A stretch of 64,000 nt of DNA. Source: an uncultured Rivularia sp. (GTDB lineage Bacteria; Cyanobacteriota; Cyanobacteriia; Cyanobacteriales; Nostocaceae). Position 1 is the first letter of the stretch. Each line of letters opens with the position of its first letter. Location of the stretch: assembly GCA_963665115.1 (NCBI GenBank), contig OY762007.1:5696001-5760000 (forward strand), in the 5' to 3' direction. A program made the position numbers and the translations under genes. Shown here one piece after another: positions 33,756-45,416 of the stretch. The notes beneath the pieces were generated by a model. That model ran no database searches, had not been told where the DNA came from, and saw only the letters and a list, made by a program, of their open reading frames with translations.

Positions 33756-33777
33756 ATAATTAGGGCTTGCTGAATAA

Positions 33778-34017
33778 TTAAGCTGTTGCGTATTCAATTT
33801 GTACATGAGAAGCGGGCAAGATGCCCGCACTACAATCGTTCAAATTCTTTACCTTATACAATTTAGCTACACGTCAGCTTATCAGGCATTTATAAATCAA
33901 TGCTTTAAAGACTTATTTCCAGAAAAAAGTGCAAACACATTAGTCAACTGGTGAGAAGTCGGGTTTTTAGCGAGATTATCTTGTGTAATCAACACTGATC
34001 TAAAAAACCCGACTTCT
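33778..34017. repeat. MITE-like element enclosing a REP, followed by a second IR unit
   Basis: TAAGCTG...CAGCTTA (33778-33881) around GCGGGCAAGATGCCCGCACTAC; AGAAGTCGGGTTTTTAG/CTAAAAAACCCGACTTCT (33954-34017). Confidence 0.6.
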
Positions 34018-34070
34018 GGGTATTTTTAATCCTATCCCCTTGGCTCCTTGTCTCCCCATCCTCCATCTCC

Positions 34071-34367
34071 CTATCTCTTCTCAAGCACGGGAGTCAAATG
34101 TTCTGGAATTCCATCTAGTTGAATAACGTTGCAACCAAGTTTATAAGCAAATTCCACAGATTCTCCAGCGCCAACAGCATTGTAAAAGCCCGTTGCGAAT
34201 TTAATTGCGGCTTTATCACCAATCGCTTGATTCATTCCAATTACATAGGGAATATGTTTTGCGATCGCACTTGCTTGAACTTCTGAATAACAAGCGTTGA
34301 GAACAACACATTCAATTGTGGTAGAGAATAGCTCGAATAAATTAGCTATTGCTTGTGTATCTACCAC
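34071..34367 (-). pseudogene. C-terminal fragment of a CHAT domain
   Basis: CVVLNACYS, YVIGMNQAIGDKAAIKFATGFY; N-terminal half with catalytic His absent. Confidence 0.75.
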
Positions 34368-34559
34368 TGACGCAAAATAACGTCATTGCGTTGTTACGAG
34401 CGATAGTAACGTAATCCTTCAATTCCTGGGAAAGAACCCTACACGTAGGTAGCATAACTTCTGCCTCCTAAGTGTTTCCACTGCCACTAATGTACACTCT
34501 GATTATGACGTATCCGGAGTAAAAATTATTTAAAAATTGATTGAAGAACTTTTTGAGAG

Positions 34560-34986
34560 TTACTCCTATCACGCTCCTGGCGATTACCTATCCCTCTTTC
34601 CCTTTTTGCTCTGCGCTCTCTGCGTCTTGAAGGTTTTTTAATCGGTAATCTTCTCGCGGGAAGGGGGTAATAAAAATAAATTTAAATACAAAACCTGACT
34701 TTGGATACGGAATACACACAACTCGTTAAAACCCTTATTCCACCTGGGATTCAAATCCCAGGCTCATAGCCCAAGTCTACTTAAGTAGACTGAAATTCCT
34801 AACCAGTCGTCTTAAGACGACTTTTGCTATTAGACAGGGGTTTGCAACCCCTGGCGGTGTTGGGAATGGTGCAAGATATGAATCTTAATTGGCTGAATCT
34901 CTAAAATTGCCTATATTTACCTATATCTTTTGTCTGCGCTCTAGAAGGGTTTTTTTATCAGTAATCTTCTATCGGGATAGGAGTAA
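34560..34986. mobile_element. Cluster of MITE copies and a multi-hairpin REP
   Basis: Complete MITE 34560-34670, hairpin series 34740-34855, MITE right end 34917-34986. Confidence 0.65.
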
Positions 34987-35126
34987 TATTAATTCTCTTT
35001 GCAAAATCAGACTATACCAACAACTTTAATGCTAAGAGCTTTCTATAGGTAATTATATTTAACAGCTAACTCATCGAATTTCACCCAACCCAATCATCCG
35101 CTGAAAATCCCAGCACCGAGGGGAAT

Positions 35127-37698
35127 ATGAATACGAACGAAAAACTAATTTGGCTACAAGAGCGCACGGCTTTGGGAATGCTCGAAACCGCACCCTTAGA
35201 AACGATCGCTCAAATCATTGAAGAAAAAGTTATTCCAGAAAACGAATGCTTATTTGAAGAAGAAACAACACCCGAAGCGCTTTACATTCTTCTATCAGGC
35301 AAACTCGAAAGCAGTAGTAAAGATAAAAATAATCCTACTCTCAATTGTGGTTTACTTCCTGGTAGTGCAATCAATCTGCAAGAGTTAACTTTGGATGAGT
35401 TAACAAAATGTTCTATTACTACTTTGAGTGAATGTCGTTTTTGGATAGTTCCTGCGGCTAAATTCAAAGAGTTAGTTGCACAATATCCGCAAATTCAAAC
35501 GGCAATTTCTCGTGAATTAGCTCAAGAAGTTGCACAGCTAACATCTGCACTCAATAACGAACAAGAACGAACTATCGCTTTACGCCCTTATTTAGTTACT
35601 AAAGCACAGCGGGGAGTTGTGGGGACAAGTCGTTATGCTGTCAAGTTGCGAGAACAAATTCGCGAAGCTGCCGATACTCGCGAATCTATATTGATATTTG
35701 GCGAACCTGGTTTAGAAAAAGATAATATCGCTGCTTTAATTCATTTTGGTTCTGATTTTCGCCGACAGCCGATTATTAAGGTAGATTGTGGAATTTTACA
35801 GACTAGCGGTGCGGATTTATTTGGGACGTGTGGGTGGTAAAGCGGGGTTAATCGCATGGTTGGGGGAAGGTACTTTAATTCTTAATAATATCCAGGAAAC
35901 ACCTGCGGAATTATTGCCAAAGTTAGCAGAGTTTATCGAAACTGGTAGTTATAAGCCTACTACTCGCGAGGGACAACCCGAACCTGAAGCTTATAATAAT
36001 CAAGCTCGCATTTTAATTATTTCAGAACAAACTCAGCCTTTAATTCAAAAAGCTGTCGATCAAACTATTAAAGCTCCACCCGTGCGAGTGCGGAAGGGTG
36101 ATATCAAAGCTCAAGTTGAATATTATATTAGTCTTTACTGTCGTCAAGAAGGGATTCGCAAACCTAAAGTAGCGCCGGAAGCTTTACGCAGATTGCAATC
36201 TTACGATTTTCCGGGTAATTTGAAAGAGTTGAAAAGCTTGGTAGAAAGGGCTATTGTCCAAGCTGATGAAGCTAAAGAGTTAACGGAAGAAATATTTTGG
36301 TCAGCCGATACCAAGAAAAAACGGTTTCGCTTCAATTTATTAAATGGTTATCCAAGATTAAGAAAATTTCTTCGTAGTTCGTGGTATCCAGACAAGATCA
36401 ATTATGGTTTTACTTTACCAGCCTTTGCGGTTCTCATTGCTATTTTATTTCTAGGCCCGCAAACGCGAGATCAAAATTTTGGATTAAATCTATTTTGGGC
36501 TTGGTGGTGGCCATTTTTCTTACTTCTCTTCCCGTTTTTAGGTCGGATTTGGTGCGCTTTTTGTCCGTTCATGATTTACGGTGAAGTTACGCAGAAATTA
36601 TCGTTGTGGCTGTTTCCTAGAAAACTTCAAAGTTGGCCGAGACATCGAGCAGAAAAATGGGGTGGATGGTTTTTATTCGCCATGTTTGCTCTTATTTTTC
36701 TCTGGGAAGAACTCTGGGATTTAGAAAATACTGCTTATTTAAGCGCTTGTTTGCTGTTATTAATTACCGCCGGAGCTATGATTTGCTCTGCAATTTTTGA
36801 AAGACGATTTTGGTGTCGTTATTTATGTCCTATCGGCGGGATGAATGGCTTATTTGCTAAGTTGTCGATGACAGAATTAAGGGCGCAGCAAGGTATTTGT
36901 TCTGCTAGCTGCAACACCTATCAATGTTATAAAGGTGGTCCGCAAAAAGGCGAAGGAATGGAAACAAGTGGATGTCCTTTATATTCTCATCCGGCACAGT
37001 TGGAAGATAACAAAGATTGCGTACTCTGCATGACTTGTCTCAAAGCCTGTCCCCATCGCTCTGTTGAATTTAATTTACGTCCTCCCGGCATCGAATTATG
37101 GACAACTCACGTACCGCATGGTTATGAAGTTGCCTTGTTGTTTTTACTTTTAGGAGGAGTCTATCTTCATCGCTTACCTGAAATCCAACAAATTCTGAAT
37201 TTACAGTTAGATTTAAATGATTTTTGGCAGCATTCAGGATTATCTTTTGCTATTTTAATTATTCCCGTGACAATTCCTTTAGCTGCTTATGGTTTGATGC
37301 AATTTTTTTATCGCTTTAACTGTTATCTCAAAAAGACAAAATATCAAATCCAAAATTTAATTAAACCCAAGTCTTTTGTAGAACTTGCTTACGGTTATCT
37401 ACCTTTAGTTTTGGGTGGCAGTTTAGCTCATTATTTACGTTTAGGTTTGAACGAAGCAGGACGTATCTTACCTGTAACTTTTGCTACTTTTGGTTTACAT
37501 GGTGCATCCTTACCAATATTAGTAGCCCACCCTGCGGTTATCGCTTTTTTGCAAGGTACAACTTTGATTTTTTCAACTTTATTAACAGTATTATTAACGC
37601 AGAAAATTGCTCGTCAGCCCTTACGTTGTATGCTGTGGCAGCATTTAGCGTCTATCGGTTTAGCAGCAACTATGTGGGCAATAATTGTATTTCCTTAA
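35127..37698 (+). CDS. cNMP-binding / sigma54-type AAA / 4Fe-4S membrane protein, frameshifted at GGG 35823-35825
   Basis: cNMP domain; GEPGLEK, FPGNLKEL; WCAFCP, WCRYLCP, CVLCMTCLKACP. Confidence 0.88.
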
Positions 37699-38515
37699 GT
37701 TCAATTGTATTTCTGACTGATTTGGTACCACTCTTCTGGTAATATTGTCATGAGGGGTCTTACCCAGCATTAGGATCTTTTTTAGAAGGCTTTTGAGCGT
37801 TGAAGTTGAGACAGTAATGACGTTCAGCTTCACAATTCTTTGATAAAATAATATTATATCTTTAACGAAATTTAATATTAGTTACGTAAATCTTATGTGA
37901 TTCCATTTATACTAAGGAAACAAAATATCAAATTACACCTAGTAATGAGTATTCTAAGACTTATAAAAACACTAACTTTATTACTTAATCTCTAAATGTA
38001 AAGGTAGCTAATTTTTATTATTAAATCAGTTATTTATCTTATGTAGATAAAAGGGAACCATTGTTAGCAAAGCAAAGTCCTAGAAATTGTATTAAATATA
38101 TAGCTTTGATTACTTTTAAAGTGTTCTATTAAATCAAACTATTAAAATCGGCTAGTAATTGTTTAATCTGATGACTTATTTGTCATTAGATTTGTCATCG
38201 GTATTAAATTGAAAGTCATAAAAACTTCCAATTTTAGACTGCCGTTGATTTTTTGCTCTCTTATCAATTGTTTTGGAATAATTTGACGTTTTATTGTTCA
38301 GTATATTTGGCATATATATGAGCAAATTAGGTGTAATAAAAAATTTAGCTGATTAAATATTTTCTAGCCTAATTTGTCTTTAAATGCCTACTTTTTAATT
38401 GCCAATTTATGCAGATGTTCTCAAACGCGCTTATAGAAGGCTGAATCAGCTTTTATATTACTAAAAACGCAGGGAAATTCTAAATATTGGCTAATATTTA
38501 AAGGCAATAAGTAAT

Positions 38516-39727
38516 ATGAAAAAAGATTTAAGCGAACTTGCTATTTTTGGGGGTATACCTGCTTTTGAAGAAAAATTACACGTAGGTCGTCCTAACATAG
38601 GTTCCAGGCAAATTTTACTGCAACGTATCAACGATATTTTAGATCGCAAATGGCTATCGAATAATGGACGATTCGTACAAGAATTCGAGCAGCATATAGC
38701 TTCAGTAGTAGGAGTAAAACACTGCATTGCAACTTGTAATGCGACTACAGGTTTAGAAATTGCCATCAAAGCTTGCGGACTTAAAGGTGAAGTCATCATT
38801 CCTTCATTTACTTTTATTGCTACCGCTCATGCTTTGCAGTGGCAGGGAATTGAGCCGATTTTCTGCGATATCGATCGCAATACTCATAATATAGATCCGC
38901 AGAAAATAGAGTCATTAATTACCGATAAAACTACAGCAATAATGGGGGTACATTTATGGGGACGAGGATGTGATATCGAAGCACTTGAAGAAATTGCTCG
39001 TCGCCATAATTTAAAACTTTTATTCGATGCTGCTCATGCTTTCGGATGTTCTTACAAAGGGCAAGCGATAGGTAATTTTGGCGATGCCGAAGTATTTAGT
39101 TTTAGTGCAACTAAATTTTGTAATAGCTTTGAGGGAGGTGCAATTGTTACTAATAATTCGGAATTAGCTAATAAAATTCGCTTAATGAAGAACTTCGGTT
39201 TTAGCAATTACGATTGTGTTGACTTTATAGGTACTAACGGCAAAATGAGCGAAGTCTCTGCCGCTATGGGGTTGACATCACTCGAAAGTATGGAACATTT
39301 TATTAATATAAATTATGAAAATTATGAAAAATACCAACAAGAATTATCAAATATCCCTGGGATAAATTTAATCAATTATGACGAAGCCGAACGATGTAAT
39401 TATCAATACGTAATCGTAGAAATTGATGAGTCAAAAGCTGGAATTAGCCGCGATAAAATATACCAAATTTTGTGGGCGGAAAACATTCTAGCAAGGCGTT
39501 ACTTTTATCCCGGTTGTCATCAAATGGAACCCTACCGCTCTCGTATTGCTGACATGGGTTTGATGTTAACTAATACCAGACATTTAGGAGCCAGGGTACT
39601 AGCATTACCTACGGGTACGGCAATAGGAAATAGAGAAATTAGTAATATTTGTCAGATTTTAAGGCTTGCAACTTCAGGGGGAAATCTAATTAATGAAACG
39701 CTCTACCAAAACGTTCGTGCCAGTTGA
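38516..39727 (+). CDS. DegT/DnrJ/EryC1 (VioA-like) sugar aminotransferase
   Basis: PSFTFIAT, DAAHAFG, FSFSATK, GTNGKMSE. Confidence 0.92.
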   Translation: MKKDLSELAIFGGIPAFEEKLHVGRPNIGSRQILLQRINDILDRKWLSNNGRFVQEFEQHIASVVGVKHCIATCNATTGLEIAIKACGLKGEVIIPSFTFIATAHALQWQGIEPIFCDIDRNTHNIDPQKIESLITDKTTAIMGVHLWGRGCDIEALEEIARRHNLKLLFDAAHAFGCSYKGQAIGNFGDAEVFSFSATKFCNSFEGGAIVTNNSELANKIRLMKNFGFSNYDCVDFIGTNGKMSEVSAAMGLTSLESMEHFININYENYEKYQQELSNIPGINLINYDEAERCNYQYVIVEIDESKAGISRDKIYQILWAENILARRYFYPGCHQMEPYRSRIADMGLMLTNTRHLGARVLALPTGTAIGNREISNICQILRLATSGGNLINETLYQNVRAS

Positions 39728-40730
39728 TTCGCAATTAACAGAAAATTATCCTAAAGTGAGCGTATCTCTTGTCACTTTTAACCATGAAAAATTTATTGCA
39801 CAAGCTATAGAAAGTATACTGTTGCAAGAAGTTGATTTTAGTTATGAAATCATCATAGGTGAAGATTTTTCTAGCGATAAAACGCGCTCTATTGTTATTG
39901 ACTATCAAAAACAGTATCCAGATAAAATTCGCTTGATATTACCGGAAGAAAACTTGGGCTGTTACGGGCAAAAGATTTTTGTACAAACACTTCAAGCTTG
40001 CAGGGGTGAGTATATTGCGATTCTAGATGGAGATGATTATTGGACTTCTCCCCACAAGCTACAGCAGCAGGTAGATTATTTAGATAACCATCCAGAATGT
40101 GCAATTTGTTTTCATGACGTTACAACAATTTTTGAGGATAAAGCTGGGCTATCTCAGAGATATAACGATTTTGAACCACAAATATTTTCTGGGCTAGAAA
40201 ATATTCTAAAAAGTAACTTTATACCTACCTGTTCAACTTTATATAGAAGAGGTTTGTTTAATGAATTTCCCGAGTGGTACTGCGACACAGTTTGTGGAGA
40301 TTGGGTACTGCACGTATTGAATGCAAGACATGGAAAAATCGGCTATATCAACAAATCTTTAGGAGTTTATCGGGTACATAGCAACGGCTTGTTTAGCAGT
40401 ATGAGAAAGATTCAGCAGTTAAAAGAAGCCATTAAGTGTTACAAGCTGCTGAATGAATACTTGAATTTTGAATACAATTCTATAATTCAATCGGAAATAA
40501 TTTACCGTTATTTAACTTGCTTTTCGATTTATCGGCAAGAAAGAAATTTAGTTAAACAGAAACAATACGCAAACAAGTTAATCCGAGCTTTAGTTAGTCA
40601 TCCTTTTATTAGCTGTACGGCAATTTTTAAGTTTATTAAGAGAAGCATCATTAATCAACTTAGCTTACACAAGTGGTGGATAAAAAAGCAGAAGCTGAAA
40701 CTGCTTACCCATGAATATTCAAGTAATTGA
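39693..40730 (+). CDS. Glycosyltransferase family 2
   Basis: EDFSSDKT, LDGDDYW, GDW. Confidence 0.9.
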   Translation: MKRSTKTFVPVDSQLTENYPKVSVSLVTFNHEKFIAQAIESILLQEVDFSYEIIIGEDFSSDKTRSIVIDYQKQYPDKIRLILPEENLGCYGQKIFVQTLQACRGEYIAILDGDDYWTSPHKLQQQVDYLDNHPECAICFHDVTTIFEDKAGLSQRYNDFEPQIFSGLENILKSNFIPTCSTLYRRGLFNEFPEWYCDTVCGDWVLHVLNARHGKIGYINKSLGVYRVHSNGLFSSMRKIQQLKEAIKCYKLLNEYLNFEYNSIIQSEIIYRYLTCFSIYRQERNLVKQKQYANKLIRALVSHPFISCTAIFKFIKRSIINQLSLHKWWIKKQKLKLLTHEYSSN

Positions 40731-41775
40731 TTGTCAGAACCCCTTATGGCTGCAAACACTGCATAAACTAAGGTATGATGTTTACCATTTACCAGAATAT
40801 GCACGTTTAGAAGCCAAGAGAACATCATCTGATTCGGAAGCTTTTATAGTTATAGATGGTGACAAAATATTTTTCTTACCTTTCTTAGTTCGTTCTTGCA
40901 ATGACATATTAGGTTCAAGAGCGCAAAATTATTCCGATGCAGTTTCACCTTATGGTTATCCCGGTATTTTACTAAGTAAAACTGCTGCTAATGATTCTAA
41001 TTTTACAGATTTTGCTCTCAAGGAATTAATTTATTATTTTAAAACTAAGGGTATATGTTCGGCATTTTTCCAACTGCATCCAATCTTAAGTAACAAATTC
41101 AGTCCAAACTTTTCGCAGCAGACTGTTAATAAGATTGGCGAAACAATTTCCGTTAATTTAAAACTTACAGAGTCACAAATTTGGGCAAATACCAGAAAAG
41201 GTCATCAAAGCACGATCAATAAATGCAAGCGACTGGGATTTACTGCCAGAATGGTAAATTTAGTCGAATACGCCGATAAATTTAGAGCGATTTATGAGGA
41301 AACCATGAATCGCGTTGCGGCGAAACAATCCTATTACTTCGATCGGGAGTATTTTTCTGACTTACAAAAGTTAGATGAAAATATACATTTATGCTTAGTA
41401 GAATTAGAATCAGAAATTGCTTCAGCCTGTATATTGTTTGAATGCGGCGGAATAGTTCAAGCCCATTTAGGGGGAACTAAAAACAAATTTTTACCATCAA
41501 GTCCATTCAATTACTTATTAGACTACGTTAGATATTGGGCAAAACAACGTGGTAACGAATTAATGCATATAGGAAGTGGTGTCGGCGGAACAAAAGATAG
41601 CTTATATCACTTCAAAGCAGGTTTCTCTAAACAAAGACACGATTGGTTTGCACTGCGATTAATTCCAGATCCAGAAAAATATAATTACCTAACTCATCTG
41701 CGAGCAGAATCTCTGAATACTAAAGTTGAGGATTTGTTTCAGTCGAGTTTCTTTCCCGCTTATCGTTCTAATTAA
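40711..41775 (+). CDS. GNAT/FemAB-like acyltransferase
   Basis: SPYGYPG, YYFDREY, HLGG, LYHFKAGFS, FFPAYR. Confidence 0.85.
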   Translation: MNIQVIDCQNPLWLQTLHKLRYDVYHLPEYARLEAKRTSSDSEAFIVIDGDKIFFLPFLVRSCNDILGSRAQNYSDAVSPYGYPGILLSKTAANDSNFTDFALKELIYYFKTKGICSAFFQLHPILSNKFSPNFSQQTVNKIGETISVNLKLTESQIWANTRKGHQSTINKCKRLGFTARMVNLVEYADKFRAIYEETMNRVAAKQSYYFDREYFSDLQKLDENIHLCLVELESEIASACILFECGGIVQAHLGGTKNKFLPSSPFNYLLDYVRYWAKQRGNELMHIGSGVGGTKDSLYHFKAGFSKQRHDWFALRLIPDPEKYNYLTHLRAESLNTKVEDLFQSSFFPAYRSN

Positions 41776-42041
41776 ATAATAGGTAATAGGTAATGGGTAA
41801 TGGGTAATTGGGGATTGGGGATTGGGCATGGGTAATTGGGTAATTGGTAATAGCTAAAATTCATCAGGTTTGTACAATCTCTACTAAGTTCTAACCTTTA
41901 ACCTTTGACCTTTGACCTTTAACCTCTTGCCTTTTTTTAATATCGTTCGTTCGGCTACAGTTCTTATGGGTGTGGATGAGCAAGAATGTGGGTAAACGCT
42001 TTGAATTTTGCAGCTTTTCGTATCAATCTTGCTGCTTTTAT

Positions 42042-43736
42042 ATGAAACCCAGAATCATTGTTTGTAGTTTAGGACGTACCGGATATAAAATATTTCGTTT
42101 GCTCAGACAACAGGGAGCGTTAGTTGTTGGTATTCACCATCAAGCTATTTCTGGCGAAAGGGCTGGAGATGTGATTGTTGGCGATTTACACGCGGCTAGT
42201 ACTCTTAAAGCGGCAGGAATTCAGCAAGCTAATACTTTAGTTATTGCTGGAGGAGATGACGCATTAAATTTGTGGATTGTTATGCAAGCACGGGTGCTTA
42301 ATCCCCGCATTCGGATAATTAACCGCTTTTTTAATACTAGTTTAGGCGAACGTTTGGATTATACTTTGCCAGACCATTTAAGTATGAGTGTTGCAGGTTT
42401 GGCTTCACCTGTATTTAGTTTTGCCGCTTTAGGAAATAAAGCGATTGGACAAATTAAATTATTTAAACAAACCTGGCCAATACACGAAGAATATATTCAT
42501 CAATATCATCCTTGGAACGGTCGCAAACTCAATGAATTATGGGAAGATCGTTCCCGAATGCTGATCTATTATTTACCCGTGGAAGGTGATTTAGATTTAG
42601 TATCCGCAGTCATGTCAGGGCACGAACTTCAAAAAGGCGATCGCCTAATTGTCGGTACTCAACCCCAAGTCCGTACAACCCGCAAATCATTAATTACAAA
42701 ACTGGTCAAAGTCTTTACAAATTTACGGCAATTTAGACATCATGCTCAGTCAGTTTTGATTGGAGCGATGTTGTTAATGATGATTATTTCATTAGCGACA
42801 CTGACTTATGTATCTGCCGAGCTGAATATGTCTGTTGTCGATGCCCTGTATTTTTCTGTCGGTATGATTACAGGGGCAGGTGGTAACGAAACAATAGTAG
42901 AAAATGCTCCTAACAGCGTTAAGATATTTACCGTTGTAATGATGTTAGTTGGAGCAGCAATATTTGGTATTTGGTATGCTTTGCTCAATGATTTTGTTTT
43001 AGGAACTCGTTTTAAACAGTTTTGGGATGCAGCACGAATACCCCGACGCAATCACTATATTGTCTGTGGCTTGGGTGGTATTGGCATCAAAATCGTCCAG
43101 CAACTTTACAACAACGGACAGGAGGTTGTTGTAGTTGAACCAAACACCAACGGTAAATTTGTCAATACTGCTCGCAGTTTAGGTATTCCCACAATTCATG
43201 CTGATGCTAGCTTCCCCGAGACTCTAAAATCTTGCAACGTTACAAATGCTGCTGCTTTGATTGCCGTTACTGGTAACGATGCAACTAACATCGAAATTGC
43301 TCTCAAAGCTAAAGGGTTATCATCTAAAATTACCGTGGTAGTAAATTATGCCGACCCCGACTTTGCCCGGATGGCACAGGAAGTATTCGATTTTGAAGCA
43401 GTACTAAGTCCCGCAGAACTTGCCGCGCCTGCATTTGCCGCCGCAGCTTTAGGCGGTAGAATCCTCGGTAACGGTATCACCGCAGATAGTTTGTGGGTAG
43501 CCTTTGCCACAATAATTACACCATCCCATCCATTTTGCGGTCAAAGAGTTCAAGAAGCAGCCATGTCTGCCGATTTTGTACCTTTATACGTAGAAACCAA
43601 CTCTCAAACCATCCACGGTTGGGAATTACTCGAAACCTCTTTGAGCGGTGGAGATATGCTGTATTTAACAATGCCCGCAACTCGTCTGTATCAATTGTGG
43701 CGCTATACTCCCAAGATTGATGCTGTTAATTATTAG
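42042..43736 (+). CDS. Potassium channel-like protein with TrkA/RCK domains
   Basis: IVCSLGRTG, DALYFSVGMITGAGG pore region, IVCGLGGIG. Confidence 0.88.
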   Translation: MKPRIIVCSLGRTGYKIFRLLRQQGALVVGIHHQAISGERAGDVIVGDLHAASTLKAAGIQQANTLVIAGGDDALNLWIVMQARVLNPRIRIINRFFNTSLGERLDYTLPDHLSMSVAGLASPVFSFAALGNKAIGQIKLFKQTWPIHEEYIHQYHPWNGRKLNELWEDRSRMLIYYLPVEGDLDLVSAVMSGHELQKGDRLIVGTQPQVRTTRKSLITKLVKVFTNLRQFRHHAQSVLIGAMLLMMIISLATLTYVSAELNMSVVDALYFSVGMITGAGGNETIVENAPNSVKIFTVVMMLVGAAIFGIWYALLNDFVLGTRFKQFWDAARIPRRNHYIVCGLGGIGIKIVQQLYNNGQEVVVVEPNTNGKFVNTARSLGIPTIHADASFPETLKSCNVTNAAALIAVTGNDATNIEIALKAKGLSSKITVVVNYADPDFARMAQEVFDFEAVLSPAELAAPAFAAAALGGRILGNGITADSLWVAFATIITPSHPFCGQRVQEAAMSADFVPLYVETNSQTIHGWELLETSLSGGDMLYLTMPATRLYQLWRYTPKIDAVNY

Positions 43737-43926
43737 TTGGGGATTGGGCATGGGGCATTGGGAATGGGTAATTGGTAATTGGTAATGGGAGACAGGGAGA
43801 ATATTTATTCTTCAACTCTTAACTCTTTTAATCTAAAATCTAATATAAAAGACTCCTAACTCTCTACTCCTAACTCCCTACTCTCTACTCCCTACTCCCT
43901 ACTCCTAACTATTAACTGTTAACCGT

Positions 43927-45270
43927 TCACTCTTCAGCAATGCAAAGAAAATATTGTGGAGTAGCAAAGTAATCACTCACCACGGAGATGCTGACTTTCA
44001 GTTTTATTAACTCTCCGTTTTTGTGAATAAGCTGTTTTTGTATTGAATTAGCGTCAGTTTTATTATTAAGAATATTAGACATAAACTCAATGCAAGAGTC
44101 TAAATCATCCAAGTCTGTAATATCTTGCCAACTTAAATCTAATAATTCTGACTCGCTATAGCCAGTTATTTCACAAAAACGCGGGTTAACCTCGATAAAT
44201 TCTCCAGATAATTGAATTTGATAAATTCCTACGGAAGCTTGCTCGAAAATACTACAAAAACGTTCTTCACTTTCCCGTAAAGCATCTTCCGCCCATTTGC
44301 GTTGGGAAATATCTTCCACTACCCCAAGAAAATAATCGGGCATTCCTTGTTGGTTGCATACCAATGAGACACTAACGTTAACCCATTGTTCTCGATCGTG
44401 TTTATCCCATTTACTAATAAACCGTTTTTGTAAAGAGTAGTTAGAAATTTCTTCGGTAAATAGCTGTCGCACGTGCATTAATTCGGCTTCAATATCATTT
44501 TGATGAGTGATATCTTGCCAACTTAACTGTTTTAAAAATGATTCTTCATAGCCTATGATTTCGCAAAAGCGCGGGTTTACCTGCATAAACTGCCCGTACA
44601 GAGAAACCATGAAAATTCCTACGGCAGCTTGTTCGTAAATAGCGCGAAAACGTTCTTCACTTTCTTTTAAAGCTTCTTCTGCTGTTTTACGTTGAGTAAT
44701 ATCTCGCGCTAGCCATAATATACTTTTGTCTGAGATTGGAGAAATGCTAGCGCTAAACCACACCTGATGCTCTTCTTCTTTTAAGAGGTAATCAAAATGC
44801 AATATTTTTTGTGTATCTAAAGCTTTGCGAACTTGTTCTAAGTAAGTTTGTGCAGTTTGCTCCTCGAAGAAAAGTTCCGCAGTCTGATTAATTAACCCGT
44901 TGGCGATCGCATCTCCATCACTCGCACAAGTCGGTAAAATTTCTACATTAGACAAATTTTTATCTTCAATGCTTACCACCAAGATAATGTCTTTAATAGA
45001 CTCAATAACACCGCGCAATTTAGCTTCAGAACTATTTAACTTATCCTCAAGTAGTTTTCGGTTGCTAACTTCTTTGTGCAGCTTTTGATTTAAATTTTCA
45101 TTCTCATCCTTTGTTTGTACAAGCAATTCCTGCAATTTCTGCAAAGTTTGCTTAACTTCCCCATTACTGTCTCTATTACTAATCAGTGCTAAAGCATCTT
45201 TTAGAGTGTTATTAGGCGTGTTAGCTGCACAATTCTCGTTAACAGCCCAAGAGTTTTCAGAATCTTGCAT
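43927..45270 (-). CDS. Coiled-coil plus three PAS domains, no output domain
   Basis: RDIT/EDIS motifs; repeated ESEERF...EQAxVGI...VNPRFCEIxGY. Confidence 0.85.
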   Translation of the reverse strand: MQDSENSWAVNENCAANTPNNTLKDALALISNRDSNGEVKQTLQKLQELLVQTKDENENLNQKLHKEVSNRKLLEDKLNSSEAKLRGVIESIKDIILVVSIEDKNLSNVEILPTCASDGDAIANGLINQTAELFFEEQTAQTYLEQVRKALDTQKILHFDYLLKEEEHQVWFSASISPISDKSILWLARDITQRKTAEEALKESEERFRAIYEQAAVGIFMVSLYGQFMQVNPRFCEIIGYEESFLKQLSWQDITHQNDIEAELMHVRQLFTEEISNYSLQKRFISKWDKHDREQWVNVSVSLVCNQQGMPDYFLGVVEDISQRKWAEDALRESEERFCSIFEQASVGIYQIQLSGEFIEVNPRFCEITGYSESELLDLSWQDITDLDDLDSCIEFMSNILNNKTDANSIQKQLIHKNGELIKLKVSISVVSDYFATPQYFLCIAEE

Positions 45271-45416
45271 AAAGAAACGGTTTTTATCAAATTATTGATT
45301 GCAACAAAATTTATTTATTGACAGAGGGAACGGGCAACTCTCAATTTATAATTTCAGACATTACCTTGCTACTGAACAATAATTACACCGTTTCTTACGT
45401 AATTACAAGTGTTATT

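Noticed and set aside
34513..34518. TCCGGA DIF1-like hexamer
   Set aside because: No associated transcript or gene recognisable
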